DNA of 64,000 bases from positions 1,056,001-1,120,000 of the forward strand of contig CAWCKY010000003.1 in assembly GCA_963796275.1 (NCBI GenBank), given 5' to 3'. Both the position numbers and the translations under genes were made by a program. Below, in pieces: positions 33,184 through 44,427 of the stretch (its first letter is position 1; every line of letters begins with the position of its first letter). The notes under the pieces were generated by a model that was not told the DNA's origin, ran no database searches, and was given only the letters and a program-made list of their open reading frames with translations. This DNA is from an uncultured Acidobacteriota bacterium. GTDB taxonomy: Bacteria; Acidobacteriota; Blastocatellia; RBC074.

Positions 33184-33413
33184 GTGCAAATCAAAGTTCG
33201 TTATCATCGACAGTTTTTTATTGGCTCCGGAGGAGCCCGATGTATAGCATTCGATTACCCAAGTCTGACAAGCTCCGGAGGGGTGACATACAGTCATTCA
33301 TATGTCGCCGCTCCGGAGCTTGTGAGATGTGGGGAGAACGATATCTATAAACGCCCCGCGTCTCTGGCGCTCTCAGGAACGATAACGTTGATTCAATGAT
33401 CCTTTATTTGCCC
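33184..33413. repeat. Nested REP-like palindromic element with terminal inverted repeats
   Basis: gcaaatcaaag...ctttatttgc ends; inner agctccggaggggtgacata/tatgtcgccgctccggagct. Confidence 0.8.
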
Positions 33414-33684
33414 ACTCTTCTATCATATGACTGGTGCCAGGCACTGAGCCGTAGCATGTCTCGGGAGGAACTTACGGGAGAAGATTACTGCGCGGAGGCG
33501 CGGAAGAAGGAATAAGTTTTTGTACACGTTAAAGATAACATTTTTTGAATTTGACGGAAAGTAAGGTGGAGTCCCGAAGCTCAGCCACAGATGCGCAGTT
33601 GTCCCGGATCTCGCATTTAAAATTGATATCGCTGATTTCGGATTTACCAAATTGATAACGACATAAAAAAGGAGAGACGATCCC

Positions 33685-34464
33685 ATGTTGCTGAAAGGCA
33701 AGAATGGTCTGATTATTGGTGTTGCGAATAAGCATAGCATCGCGTGGGCGATCGCGCAGTCCGCGGTCCGAGAAGGCGCGCGCCTCGCGTTCAATTATCA
33801 AAACGAACGGCTTAGAGAGAACGTTGAAGAGCTGGCGCAAACGGTCGAGGGAGCGAAGACCTTTCCATGCGATGTGAGCAATGATGACGAAATCGCCGGG
33901 TTGATGAAGAATATCGAAGCTGATCTGGGGAGTCTCGATTTCCTCGTACATTCGGTAGCGTTCGCGCCCCGCGAGGAGTTGACCGGCGAGTTCATCAACA
34001 CTTCGCGACAGGGATTTTCGACGGCACTGGAAGTCAGCGCGTACTCGCTCGTGGCCGTATCGCGCGCCGCACTGCCGCTCATGAAAAACGGCGGTTCGAT
34101 CCTCACCCTTACCTATCTGGGCGCCGAGCGGGTTGTTCCGCATTACAATGTGATGGGTGTAGCGAAGGCTGCGCTGGAAGCAACCGTACGTTATCTGGCC
34201 AATGATTTAGGTCCTCGAGGTATTCGCGTCAATGCTATCTCAGCGGGCCCGATCAAGACGCTTGCCGCGCGCGGCGTCTCGGGAATCAGCAAAATGGTGG
34301 ATCATCACCGCGAAGTCGCCCCCCTGCGGCATGCAACGGAACAGGCGGAGGTGGGCGACACCGCACTCTTCCTCCTCAGTTCGCTCGGGAGGGGAATTAC
34401 CGGCGAAGTGATCTATGTCGATGGCGGGTATCACATCCTTGGTACGCTGGCGCCTATAACATAA
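33685..34464 (+). CDS. fabI: Enoyl-ACP reductase
   Basis: GVANKHSIAW, YNVMGVAKAALE, ISAGPIKTLAA. Confidence 0.96.
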   Translation: MLLKGKNGLIIGVANKHSIAWAIAQSAVREGARLAFNYQNERLRENVEELAQTVEGAKTFPCDVSNDDEIAGLMKNIEADLGSLDFLVHSVAFAPREELTGEFINTSRQGFSTALEVSAYSLVAVSRAALPLMKNGGSILTLTYLGAERVVPHYNVMGVAKAALEATVRYLANDLGPRGIRVNAISAGPIKTLAARGVSGISKMVDHHREVAPLRHATEQAEVGDTALFLLSSLGRGITGEVIYVDGGYHILGTLAPIT

Positions 34465-34977
34465 CCAGGTTGAGGTATGAACGTAATCTGGATTCGGTGA
34501 CCGGCTCGCCGATTTTTTTATTGGAGATGACATACCAGGAAGATGTGTTTTTACCATCGCGTTTGAGGATGAGTTCGGCCACAGTCGACGCCTCCAGCAT
34601 TATGTTTTGACTGAGACCGATGCGGGCGCGTGCCAGACCCCCGTCGGGGACGAAGCCGTGCTCGGGCAAACGAGGCCAGCCGGCTTCAACCACGAATGTT
34701 CGAGTGTGATAGCGCGCTCCGAATCTTTCCCCCACCATAGTTGAATGAGCTATAGTGAATTGCCATTGCTGCTGGCCGATCTGCAAGACGGCGCTTGCAC
34801 TTTTCTCAGCAAGTCTACTATTTATCTCCGAGCAGAGCTTCTTAAGTATATTCCACAACCACTGTGTGCCATCTTCGCGTAGCTTATCGTTCTCTGCCTT
34901 AAGTGAAAGATAATCTTCTGAATAGTCTTGGTTAATAATAGTTTTTGTCCTCTTGTTGTCGGGTCGTAGCTAGACAT
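34454..34977 (-). CDS. Hypothetical protein downstream of recR; probable frameshift near the 5' end
   Basis: Frame stays open upstream of the TTG at 34858 ([14 protein letters not shown]); an ATG at 34977 overlaps the end of recR in another frame. Confidence 0.55.
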
Positions 34978-35584
34978 CGTGGCGGTGGGCCAGCGCTTTA
35001 TGCATTGTTACTTCATCGGCATATTCGAGATCGCTTCCGACGGGCAATCCCATAGCGATCCTCGTCACACGCACGCCGAGTGGTTTGAGCAAGCGAGCCA
35101 GATAATTAGCCGTCGCCTCCCCTTCAGTATTGGGATTAGTGGCCAGGATAATCTCTTTCACTTGCGATTCGCCGCTTGCATTCGGCCGCAACCGTTCGAG
35201 CAGGTTCTTGATATGCAGCTCTTCGGGGCCGATACCGCGAATCGGTGAGAGCGCTCCGTGCAGGACATGATAAAGACCATGATACTCGCGCGTCTTTTCG
35301 ACGGCGAGCAGATTATAAGGCTCCTCGACCACGCAGATGACCGATGGGTCCCGCGATGGGCTGGAGCAGAAGCGGCAGGGATTGGTATCTGTGAGATTAT
35401 TGCAGACTGAGCAAAAAATTATCTTCTCTTTTACCTCATGGATAGCTTCGATCAAACGCTGGGCGTCCTCCTGCGATACTTTGAGCAGGTGGAACGCCAG
35501 ACGCTGAGCTGATTTATGGCCGATACCAGGCAGCCGTTTGAATTCATCTATGAGTTTGGTCACCGGCTCTGCATAATCGAGCAT
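34970..35584 (-). CDS. recR: Recombination mediator RecR
   Basis: [12 protein letters not shown]4 zinc finger, Toprim domain with EGEATA. Confidence 0.97.
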   Translation of the reverse strand: MLDYAEPVTKLIDEFKRLPGIGHKSAQRLAFHLLKVSQEDAQRLIEAIHEVKEKIIFCSVCNNLTDTNPCRFCSSPSRDPSVICVVEEPYNLLAVEKTREYHGLYHVLHGALSPIRGIGPEELHIKNLLERLRPNASGESQVKEIILATNPNTEGEATANYLARLLKPLGVRVTRIAMGLPVGSDLEYADEVTMHKALAHRHDV

Positions 35585-35598
35585 AAATGGTCAGTGAA

Positions 35599-35910
35599 TT
35601 ACGTCAATCCTGGGATATTCAGCCCGCCGAATGCGCTGCCGAGTTTGTTCTGCATAACTTCATCTACTTTACGGCCGCATTCATTGACTGCCGCGACGAT
35701 CAGGTCCTGCAGCATCTCAACATCGCTGGCCGCTTCCTGGTCTATCTTCACCGAGATCACTTCTTTGGATCCGTTCATCTCGACTTTGACTATGCCTCCA
35801 CCCGCAGTTGCATCAACGCGCAATGACTCCATCTCCTTCGCCATCGCTTCTTGCATCTTCTGCGCCTGCTTCATCATCTGTTGCAGGTTCATACCACCCG
35901 GAAGTTTCAT
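35599..35910 (-). CDS. ybaB: YbaB/EbfC nucleoid-associated protein
   Basis: [29 protein letters not shown]; dnaX-ybaB-recR synteny. Confidence 0.95.
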   Translation of the reverse strand: MKLPGGMNLQQMMKQAQKMQEAMAKEMESLRVDATAGGGIVKVEMNGSKEVISVKIDQEAASDVEMLQDLIVAAVNECGRKVDEVMQNKLGSAFGGLNIPGLT

Positions 35911-35960
35911 TTCAGTTCTCCTTCAAATTGAGCATAAAAAGCGAATTTATCATAGCACGG

Positions 35961-36141
35961 GATAAGGATAATGGATAATTGATAATGGACAATTGATGAT
36001 GGGAGATAGTGAACTGAAGTGCCTCACTGTCAACTGTCAATTATCAACTATCAACTATCAACTATCACCTTTATCAACTATCAACTACCAGTCATCAACT
36101 ACCAACTACCAACTATCAATTATCAATTATCAATTATCCAT
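35961..36141 (-). repeat. Heptamer inverted-repeat hairpin, (TTGATA[A/G])n...(TTATC[A/C]A)n
   Basis: Visible directly; contains the dnaX stop codon. Confidence 0.85.
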
Positions 36142-37978
36142 TATCTTTCACCCACACGATTTCACCGCGCGTTTGATCGAGGATGAGTTTCACGGCGGGA
36201 TTTTTCATTGCGCGGTTATGCAGCTGCTGCCGTGCGAGTTCAGCCTCATCGACGCGCTCTTTGGTCTGGCCGCTGATTCGGACTTCGACGCGTATAGGCC
36301 GGCCGAATAATTTCTCTCCGATCTCGCGAAAGAGCGTATTGCTGTCGCGCACGCGGCGCGCAAACAGGTCTTCGCTAGCGAACGTTACATCCAATACTCC
36401 ATCCTGATACGCGAGCTGCTGCGCGTCTTCTAGTGCAGTGAGCACCATTCCGCGATTGAGTTTTTGCACTTCTTTGAGGATAGCTTCGACCTCATTCACC
36501 TCTTTTCGATCGGAAGCGAAATTCGATTCTATTGGAGGAGAGGGCACGCGCGTTTGAACAGGGTCCGATACGGGACTCCCCGTTTTCGCCTCTTCGCGAT
36601 CGGAAGTGAGATTCGATTCTATTGGAGGAGAGGGCACGCGCGTTTGAACAGGGTCCGATACCGGACTCCCCGTTTTCGCCTCTTCGCGATCGGAAGTGAG
36701 ATTCGACTCTCTTGTAAGATGCGGCACCTGAGGAACCGGGGTCGATACGGAACCTCCCGTATCTGAAGTATTACGGGGGATGCCGCCGGAAGATGGTGAT
36801 GGTGCGGGTCTACCTCCCGCTGTTTCACCTCCCAGCCGCGAAACGAGAGTATCCAATCGTTTGATCAGTTCCTCCAGGCTGCGCAGACGGGCAGCGTGTG
36901 TGAGTTTGACCAATCCTATCTCCAACTGGAAACGCGGATGGGGCGAATCTTTTATCTCCTTCTCGGTCTGCGCGAGCAAATGAAAACAGCGCACAATATC
37001 CTCCTCGGAGAAATGCCGCGATAACTTCTTTAGGCGATCGATCTCTATATCCGCGACGCTCAGTATTTCGCCGCTTACTATGCCGGACTTTATGACGAGC
37101 AAATGGCGCAGATAAGCCATTAATTCGCGTGTTACGTTACGCAGATCATAACCTCGCGATGTTATCTCTTCCACCAGATTAAGAGTCATCGGCGTATCCT
37201 GACGCGCGATGGCTTCCGCCAACCGTCCGAGAGTTTCCGTGCTGAGAAGCCCGAGCGACGAGCCGACATCTTCTGCCGTTATTTCAGGGCCGCTCGCTGC
37301 TATAACCTGATCGAAGTAAGATTGTGCATCGCGCAAACTGCCGGCTCCGGCGCGCGCTATTTCACGTAATGCCGCATCACTGATGTTTATACCTTCGGCA
37401 TTCGCGATTTCGCGCAACCGATTCAGGATTTTTTCTGTTGCGATCTGACGGAATTCGAACTGTTGACAGCGCGATAATATGGTGTCGGGAACCTTATGAA
37501 GTTCCGTCGTCGCCATGATGAAGATGACATGCGATGGAGGTTCTTCGAGCGTTTTGAGTAGCGCGTTAAATGCGCTGGTCGATAACATGTGCACTTCGTC
37601 GATAACAAAAATCTTATACCTGTCGCGCGCTGGAGCCATGGCGAGGTTGTTGATGATTACGTCGCGTACATTATCCACGCCGGTATTCGAGGCAGCGTCG
37701 ATTTCGAGCACATCGAGCGAATTGCCCGATGCGATCTCGCGACAGGATACGCACTGCAGGCAGGGCTGACTCGTGATGCCTCGATGACAGTTGAGTCCTT
37801 TTGCAAGTATACGCGCCGTGGTCGTTTTACCGGTCCCGCGCACACCGGAGAGGAGATAGGCATGATGCATTCGCCGGTTATCGAGCGCATGACTTAGTGT
37901 GCGCGTGATATGTTCCTGACCTGTCAGATCCGCGAATGTCTGAGGACGATACTTGCGAGCGATAACTTGATAGCTCAT
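36134..37978 (-). CDS. dnaX: DNA polymerase III gamma/tau
   Basis: [35 protein letters not shown]. Confidence 0.97.
   Translation of the reverse strand: MSYQVIARKYRPQTFADLTGQEHITRTLSHALDNRRMHHAYLLSGVRGTGKTTTARILAKGLNCHRGITSQPCLQCVSCREIASGNSLDVLEIDAASNTGVDNVRDVIINNLAMAPARDRYKIFVIDEVHMLSTSAFNALLKTLEEPPSHVIFIMATTELHKVPDTILSRCQQFEFRQIATEKILNRLREIANAEGINISDAALREIARAGAGSLRDAQSYFDQVIAASGPEITAEDVGSSLGLLSTETLGRLAEAIARQDTPMTLNLVEEITSRGYDLRNVTRELMAYLRHLLVIKSGIVSGEILSVADIEIDRLKKLSRHFSEEDIVRCFHLLAQTEKEIKDSPHPRFQLEIGLVKLTHAARLRSLEELIKRLDTLVSRLGGETAGGRPAPSPSSGGIPRNTSDTGGSVSTPVPQVPHLTRESNLTSDREEAKTGSPVSDPVQTRVPSPPIESNLTSDREEAKTGSPVSDPVQTRVPSPPIESNFASDRKEVNEVEAILKEVQKLNRGMVLTALEDAQQLAYQDGVLDVTFASEDLFARRVRDSNTLFREIGEKLFGRPIRVEVRISGQTKERVDEAELARQQLHNRAMKNPAVKLILDQTRGEIVWVKDNG
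36507..36707 (-). repeat. 90-bp (30-aa) in-frame tandem duplication in the DnaX linker, about 2.2 copies
   Basis: [30 protein letters not shown] twice, near-identical DNA. Confidence 0.9.
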
Positions 37979-38172
37979 ATGATTACTCTCTGACGAAAAT
38001 AACATTCGATTGATTTATTTAAAGTTAGTACGTTTAACGTAGCTTTTTGATTGCAGGGTAGTATACAATGCTACAAGTATAAGTTACACTACCGCTGCTG
38101 TTACTGATAAAAATGTTCAGAAGGCGTTCAGTCGGCAGTAATAATATAACCCAAAACAAGGAGAGGAAGAAA

Positions 38173-38466
38173 ATGCCAAGACCAAAAGGAGGCAGTAGCA
38201 GAAGCGAACTCGTCAGACTAGCTATTGCCGGAATCGATGCACAAATACAGGATTTGATGGATAAACGTAAAGAGTTTGCCAAACTGGCGCCCGGAGCCAC
38301 GGGCTCGGCGTCAACCGCTTCTTCCGGAACCGCCCGCGCGGCGGCAGTGACCGGAACCAAGGCAGCGCCGGCGAAGAAGAAACGCACTGTTTCAGCCGCA
38401 ACTCGCAGGAAATTGAAGGAAGCAGCGAAGGCTCGTTGGGCGAGAGTCAGGGCCGAAAGGGGATAA
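38173..38466 (+). CDS. Small basic Ala/Lys/Arg-rich protein, possibly nucleoid-associated
   Basis: AAGGAGAGG RBS; short coiled coil then KKKRTVSAATRRKLKEAAKARWARV. Confidence 0.75.
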   Translation: MPRPKGGSSRSELVRLAIAGIDAQIQDLMDKRKEFAKLAPGATGSASTASSGTARAAAVTGTKAAPAKKKRTVSAATRRKLKEAAKARWARVRAERG

Positions 38467-38473
38467 ATTGGGA

Positions 38474-38577
<104 letters not shown>

Positions 38578-38662
38578 ATATGGCGATTTAAATTTGAAAT
38601 TTGAAATAAGAGATATATACCGATATCTCAGTTCCAAATATCAAAATTTCAAGTTTCAGTAA

Positions 38663-38746
38663 CGGAGAGGGCGGGATTCGAACCCGCACAGGCCTTACGA
38701 CCCGCCGCGCTTCCAACGCGGTGCAATACCATTATGCGACCTCTCC
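38663..38746 (-). tRNA. tRNA-Ser(GGA)
   Basis: GGAGAGG/CCTCTCC-G acceptor, CCGCG-TTGGAAG-CGCGG anticodon arm, long variable arm, GGTTCGAATCC; CCA not encoded. Confidence 0.9.
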
Positions 38747-38784
38747 AAATTTCAAATTTCAAATTTAAAATGTGAAATTTGAGA

Positions 38785-38873
<89 letters not shown>

Positions 38874-39057
38874 AATAAATATTTCAAGTTACTCAGGAAA
38901 CCTATCTTAATTCTTAATCCCTTATCTTAAATCCTTGTCAGTCCTTATCGATTCTTATCAACGCTGATAAGCGCTCATCTTACCACTTTTACTTATCACT
39001 CTTATCACTCCCTCGTCCTTCCCGATCTATCATTCTCTCTCTAAAGTCTCGTTATGT

Positions 39058-39511
39058 TTAACGTTTTTCTCGAAAGAATGCTTGGATCAAATCGCGACAA
39101 TCATCGACCAGGATTCCCGAAGTAACTTCAACTCGATGGTTCAAAGAGCTATTCGTGCAGATCTGGAGGACCGAATCTACTGCGCCTGCTCTGATATCGG
39201 GTGCGCCATAAACCAGGCGTTTGATGCGGGCGTTGACAATGGCCCCGGCGCACATCGCGCATGGTTCTATTGTTACATAGAGAGTGGCATCGGTGAGACG
39301 ATAGTTTCCAATTCGCTTGGCCGCATCGCGAATCGCCAGTATCTCGGCATGCGCCGTCGGGATCTTTCGCCCCGATCGGTTGATTATGTCCGACTCCCAC
39401 CAATCGATCATTAATTATCACGGCCGCGCCGATCGGGACTTCACCTGAATCCCTCGCCATCCGAGCTTCGATCAGCGCAAAGTCCATGAAAAACTGGTCG
39501 GCGGAACTCAC
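39058..39511 (-). CDS. tadA: tRNA adenosine(34) deaminase, frameshifted in this sequence
   Basis: GEVPIGA..HNQPI..KDP in one frame and [15 protein letters not shown] in another; extra C at GATCCC (39359-39361). Confidence 0.9.
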
Positions 39512-39662
39512 TCTACTCTCTCACTGAACTACCTTTTCAAATTTAGAACCCGATAAAGCAAATGCGAATGCTACCGGCCGGGAAAGTTCATGTCAAGTAG
39601 CTCATAACGGAAATCAGTATACAGCTGAATAAAGAAATGGTTGTGCCTCCCGCCTGCTTATT

Positions 39663-40976
39663 CTACACCGCAATCATTACCGATTCTTTCATCGTTGCCT
39701 CGACATCTTTCACATCTTTGGGCGTCATCGCCGTTAGCACCTCGTAACCGGTCTCCGTTACTAGCACGTCGTCTTCGATCCGTACACCGATATTGAAATA
39801 TTCCTCGTTCACGCCCTCGGTACCGGCGGGGATATAGATGCCGGGCTCGACGGTGAAGGTCATGCCAGGTTCAAGCTTACGCCACTCATCTCGTACTTTA
39901 TATCTTCCGACATCATGCACATCCATTCCGAGCCAATGGCCGGTGCGATGCATGAAGAACTTCCTGTAGGCTTCCTTCTCGATCGCCTCTGCGCGGCCGC
40001 CGGAGATCAAGCCGAGTTCGAGCAATCGATCGGAAACCACTTCGACCGCTCGTTCGTGAAGCTTCATAAAGCTCTCACCGGGTTTGACCATCTTGATCAC
40101 CTCTTTGTTCGCGGCGAGCACTGCCTCATAGATCGACTGCTGCGCTTTTGTGAATTTACCATTGGCGGGAAAGGTACGCGTGATGTCGCCGGAGAAAAGA
40201 TTGTACTCTGCGCCCGCGTCAATCAACACCATATCTCCGTCCTTGATCTGATGGTTATTCGTATTGTAGTGAAGAATCGTGGTATTGAACCCCGATCCGA
40301 CTATCGACGGATAACCAACGCCTGTCGCGCCGTTCTTGCGAAAGACGTATTCGATTATCGCTTCGAGTTCGTATTCATAGATTCCCGGCCTGCAATGCTT
40401 CATTGCTGCGATGTGGCCTTCGGCGCTGATCTGGGCGGCGCGGCGCAGGTTATTGACGTCTTCTTCGCTCTTCCGCAAGCGCATCTCGTGCACGATCGTT
40501 CCGGAATCGATGATAGAAGTCGGACCGTAGATGCCGCCGCGGACCTTCTCGCGTATATATTTAATAGTCGAGATGATCTTGTGATCGAAGCCTTCGTTGT
40601 TGCCAAACCTGTAGTAGAGTCTCTCAACGTTTTGCAGATATCTGGGCAGCAGGTCGTCGAGCTGGCCGATCGCGTATGACGCATCTGCGCCGTAATCGAG
40701 GACGGCGCCCTCGACACCCGCTCGGATGCCAGTCCATATCTCTTCCTCGCGGACTCGCGGGCGTACGAATAGTACATACTTATGTTCGGGATGGCCCGGT
40801 GCGACTATCGCCACGCAGTCAGGTTCGTTGAGACGCGTGAGATAATAAAAATCGGTGTCCTGCCTGAATTCGAAATCGGTATCGGCATTGCGACGGACAT
40901 CGTGGGCGCTGGCGAATACGGCCACGCTCGACGGTTCCATCTTTTCCATAAATTCATTAAGTCGTGCAGGTCTCAT
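39663..40976 (-). CDS. pepP: Xaa-Pro aminopeptidase P
   Basis: [44 protein letters not shown]; AAGGAG RBS before MRPARL. Confidence 0.94.
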   Translation of the reverse strand: MRPARLNEFMEKMEPSSVAVFASAHDVRRNADTDFEFRQDTDFYYLTRLNEPDCVAIVAPGHPEHKYVLFVRPRVREEEIWTGIRAGVEGAVLDYGADASYAIGQLDDLLPRYLQNVERLYYRFGNNEGFDHKIISTIKYIREKVRGGIYGPTSIIDSGTIVHEMRLRKSEEDVNNLRRAAQISAEGHIAAMKHCRPGIYEYELEAIIEYVFRKNGATGVGYPSIVGSGFNTTILHYNTNNHQIKDGDMVLIDAGAEYNLFSGDITRTFPANGKFTKAQQSIYEAVLAANKEVIKMVKPGESFMKLHERAVEVVSDRLLELGLISGGRAEAIEKEAYRKFFMHRTGHWLGMDVHDVGRYKVRDEWRKLEPGMTFTVEPGIYIPAGTEGVNEEYFNIGVRIEDDVLVTETGYEVLTAMTPKDVKDVEATMKESVMIAV

Positions 40977-41248
40977 TTGTAAGTTACTCCTTGAAGCATT
41001 TGTTGGTAGAGCGCGTAGTATACATTGGGCCGGTGCACATGCTAGAGCGGGGTTCATCTGGATGGGAAGGCGGTTCGAAAAATATTTTAGAATCCCAGAG
41101 GTCAGGCCGGCGGTCACCGTGCGATGTGAGACAGGCTGCGAGGATGCGACGGATCGCCGCTGGTTGAGCCTGAAAATTCGCGACATTCGCATCGATCAGC
41201 GGTCCGCCGGTACAAATATCAGACGCTTTCGTTTAGAATGGCCGCTAA

Positions 41249-42355
41249 ATGAACACAGAGACGATTAATCAATCGGTTGTTGGCCTTCTCGATCGAATCG
41301 CCAAAGGCGATAGTCTGGCTGAGGACGAATGGATTTGTGTAATCAATGAGGCAGAGACGGAAGATTTGAGCTTCCTGGCGGACGACCTCAGATGCAGATT
41401 ACATCCGGATAACATCGTCACTTATGTCGTTGACCGGAACATCAATTACTCGAACGTCTGTTTCTCCGTCTGTAACTTTTGCGCGTTTTATCGCAAGCCC
41501 GGTAGCAGCGACGGTTATGTTTTGAGTTATGACGAAATATTTAAAAAGGTCGAGGAGATGATCGAGTTAGGCGGCAGCGGCATATTGATGCAGGGTGGAT
41601 TGCACCCCGATCTGCCGCTCGATTATTACACCAATCTGCTCCGCGAGTTGAAAGGGCGTTATGGGATTCACCTGCATTGCTTCTCGCCGACCGAAATTTA
41701 TGGCATGTCGAAGACTTTCGGTATGACATACGAAGGGATTATTCGTGAGTTGAAAGATGCTGGGCTCGATAGCATTCCAGGAGGAGGCGGTGAAATTCTG
41801 GTCGACGAGATTCGCAAGAAACGCCGGACGGAATGCAATGGACAACAGTGGCTCGATGTCATGGAAGCAGCACATCAACTCGGCATCAAAACGACCGCTA
41901 CCATGATGATCGGTTATGGAGAATCCGTCAGACATCGTATTCAACACCTTGAGCTGCTGCGGAAATTGCAGGATCGCTCTTTGAAATCTGCTCCGGCCAG
42001 TTTCGTATCTTTTATTCCCTGGACGTTCCAGCCTGACAACACGCCGCTTGGTAAAGTCGTGCCAAATAGGATGGCGGGAGACGAGTATTTGCGCTGGCTC
42101 GCGCTTTCGCGCCTTTATCTCAGAAACATTCCGAATCTGCAGGTATCGTGGCTGACGGTAGGATTGAAAGACGGGCGGCGCGGATTGCATTCAGGCGCAA
42201 ACGACATAGGTTCGACTATGATCGAGGAGAACGTTATCTCCAAAGCCGGGGCCAATCACAAAGCGACCGAAGCTATGCTCGTCGACGTGATAATCGAAGA
42301 AGGGTTCAGGCCATTGAAGCGAAAAGCAGATTACACACGATTGGAGCTTATATGA
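41249..42355 (+). CDS. mqnC: Cyclic dehypoxanthinyl-futalosine synthase (radical SAM)
   Basis: [14 protein letters not shown]...[31 protein letters not shown]. Confidence 0.88.
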   Translation: MNTETINQSVVGLLDRIAKGDSLAEDEWICVINEAETEDLSFLADDLRCRLHPDNIVTYVVDRNINYSNVCFSVCNFCAFYRKPGSSDGYVLSYDEIFKKVEEMIELGGSGILMQGGLHPDLPLDYYTNLLRELKGRYGIHLHCFSPTEIYGMSKTFGMTYEGIIRELKDAGLDSIPGGGGEILVDEIRKKRRTECNGQQWLDVMEAAHQLGIKTTATMMIGYGESVRHRIQHLELLRKLQDRSLKSAPASFVSFIPWTFQPDNTPLGKVVPNRMAGDEYLRWLALSRLYLRNIPNLQVSWLTVGLKDGRRGLHSGANDIGSTMIEENVISKAGANHKATEAMLVDVIIEEGFRPLKRKADYTRLELI

Positions 42356-43776
42356 GCAAATCCGACAAGAATATCGACAAAAGCACCCGTCGAAAATTCA
42401 TCAAGACAGCCGCAGCCGGGGCCATGGCTGCCGGCTCGTTCGTGCGCGCGCGCGGCTCGTCAAAAACATTTATCCTCGAATCTGAGCCCGAATTCCAACA
42501 ACAGGTCGCGCCCAACGACCGCATCAGGATCGCTCTGATCGGCGCGGGTGGTATGGGATTCGGTGATACTGAGACCGCTCTGCGTGTTCCTGGGGTCGAG
42601 ATGGTGGCAGCGGCTGACATCTATGACGGCAGGTTGACGCGCGTGAAGGAGGTTTTCGGTAAAGATGTCTTCACCACGCGCGATTACCGGGAAGTACTGG
42701 CGCGTTCTGACGTCGATGCCGTCATCATCGCCACTCCAGACCATTGGCACCGGCAGATATCTATCGACGCGATGAAGGCGGGTAAGGACGTCTATTGCGA
42801 GAAGCCGGTCGTTCAGAAACTGGAAGAAGGTTCGGCGGTCATCGAAGCTCAGAAGCAGACCAAACGCATCTTCCAGGTCGGCAGCCAGTTCGTCAGCTCC
42901 ATCGTTTACCAGAAAGCCAAAAAACTGTTGGCTTCAGGCGTCATCGGAAAGTTGAACTTCGTCGAATCGTCGCTCTCGCGCCGCCATCCGCTGGGAGCGT
43001 GGCAATATACTATTCCGCCTGATGCTTCGCCGCAGAACATCGACTGGGACCGCTTCCTGGGGAGTGCGCCCAAGGTTCCATTCGATCCGGTGCGCCTCTT
43101 TCGTTGGCGTAACTACCGTGATTACGGTACTGGTATCGGCGGAGACCTTTTCGTTCATCAATTCACCAGCCTGCATTTCGTCACTAATTCCATTGGGCCG
43201 TCCCGTGTACTCTCTTCGGGCGGACTCCGCTTCTGGAAGGACGGCCGCGACGTTCCCGACCTGCTGCTCGGTCTCTTCGATTATCCGGAGACGAGCGAGC
43301 ATCCGGCATTCAACGTCTGTTTCCGCGTCAACTTCACCGACGGCGAGGTGGACCAATACGGCGAAGATATTTGGATCTACAGGTTCGTCGGCAGCGAAGG
43401 GATCATCCAGATCGATAACGGCGTCGTGCTGAAACTCAAGCCGCCGCTTAAAGAGCCCGGCTACACGATTGACACCTTCCCGGAAGCTGTGCAGGAGCAG
43501 TTTCTTAAGGAATATCGCAGGAAATACCCGCGACTTGAGCCGGAAACACGGAGCGTCAGCGAGGAACGATTCCTGCCGCCGGCGGGTTACCGGGACCGGC
43601 TCGATCATTTCAAAAACTTCTTTAAGGCGATGCGCACTCGAGAGCAGGTTCTGGAAGACGCAGTTATGGGATTCCGCGCGGCCGCGCCTGCCTTGATGGC
43701 CAACGTCAGTTATTTCGAAAATCGTATATGCGAATGGGATCCCGAAGCGATGAAGTTGAAAGGTACGAAGAGCTAA
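42352..43776 (+). CDS. Tat-exported Gfo/Idh/MocA oxidoreductase
   Basis: TRRKFIK, GAGGMG, ATPDHWH, CEKP. Confidence 0.92.
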   Translation: MSKSDKNIDKSTRRKFIKTAAAGAMAAGSFVRARGSSKTFILESEPEFQQQVAPNDRIRIALIGAGGMGFGDTETALRVPGVEMVAAADIYDGRLTRVKEVFGKDVFTTRDYREVLARSDVDAVIIATPDHWHRQISIDAMKAGKDVYCEKPVVQKLEEGSAVIEAQKQTKRIFQVGSQFVSSIVYQKAKKLLASGVIGKLNFVESSLSRRHPLGAWQYTIPPDASPQNIDWDRFLGSAPKVPFDPVRLFRWRNYRDYGTGIGGDLFVHQFTSLHFVTNSIGPSRVLSSGGLRFWKDGRDVPDLLLGLFDYPETSEHPAFNVCFRVNFTDGEVDQYGEDIWIYRFVGSEGIIQIDNGVVLKLKPPLKEPGYTIDTFPEAVQEQFLKEYRRKYPRLEPETRSVSEERFLPPAGYRDRLDHFKNFFKAMRTREQVLEDAVMGFRAAAPALMANVSYFENRICEWDPEAMKLKGTKS

Positions 43777-43908
43777 ACATTTTACATTTTACATTTTACA
43801 TTTGACATTTGTCATTGCAGAGCGCTCTTCAATGGCAAATGGCAAATGGCAAATGGCAAATGGCAAATGACAAATGACAAAATGTAAAATGTAAAATGTA
43901 AAATGTAA
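43776..43908 (+). repeat. Heptamer inverted-repeat hairpin, (TTTTACA/TTTGACA)n...(TGGCAAA/TGTAAAA)n
   Basis: Visible directly, starting at the oxidoreductase stop codon. Confidence 0.85.
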
Positions 43909-43912
43909 TGAT

Positions 43913-44122
43913 ATGAGCAAGCCTTTTGACGCGAAGGATCCTCTAGTTGAAGGCGAAGATTACTACCTCGAAAACGGCCTGCTGGTCTTTACCGCGTCGT
44001 ATCATTTGAAGCGCGGCTACTGCTGCCATAGCAACTGCCGCCACTGTCCGTATGGAGATTCGAAGGCGGAGGTACAGCCAACCGCTGATAATGTTGATTT
44101 ATCAGATGATAAATTTAACTGA
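43913..44122 (+). CDS. Small Cys-rich DUF5522-like protein
   Basis: DYYLENGLLVFTASYHLKRGYCCHSNCRHCPY. Confidence 0.8.
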   Translation: MSKPFDAKDPLVEGEDYYLENGLLVFTASYHLKRGYCCHSNCRHCPYGDSKAEVQPTADNVDLSDDKFN

Positions 44123-44235
44123 TTGGACAAACCGGTTTTGAAACCTTATCTTGTAGTGCGAGTTACTGTATCGCCAATATCAATCAAAAAAATGTCGAGT
44201 TACACACTTAAGTATCGTTGCTGTATCAAGCGTGA

Positions 44236-44394
44236 GATTCTTCGAGCGAGAGCCGCAGTGTGCGAGGCCGTATTAACGTCGCTTACGGTATCAAAATGTA
44301 AAAGCTTCGCTGGCGGCTAGAGCTGAATCGAAATGATAGGCCCGACGATAGCAAGCCCCAGCGAGACGAAGCAAACTCGCTGGGGCGTTTGATT
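44236..44394 (+). promoter_or_regulatory. gltB upstream region with alternative hairpins and a weak sigma54-like element
   Basis: Perfect 11-bp stem 44355-44386; competing pairing with 44306-44318; GG-N10-GC at 44339-44352. Confidence 0.45.
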
Positions 44395-44427
44395 ATCCGG
44401 AGTAATGTTTGAAGGAGAGGGAAGAAA

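Noticed and set aside
35993-36310. ORF rich in STINYQL repeats
   Set aside because: Translation of the heptamer repeat, antisense to the end of dnaX
44210-44394. Known riboswitch (glutamine glnA motif, ykkC/ppGpp, T-box) before gltB
   Set aside because: Only fragments resemble them; the diagnostic GGAAGUA, UAGGGUUCCG and UGGNACC cores are absent
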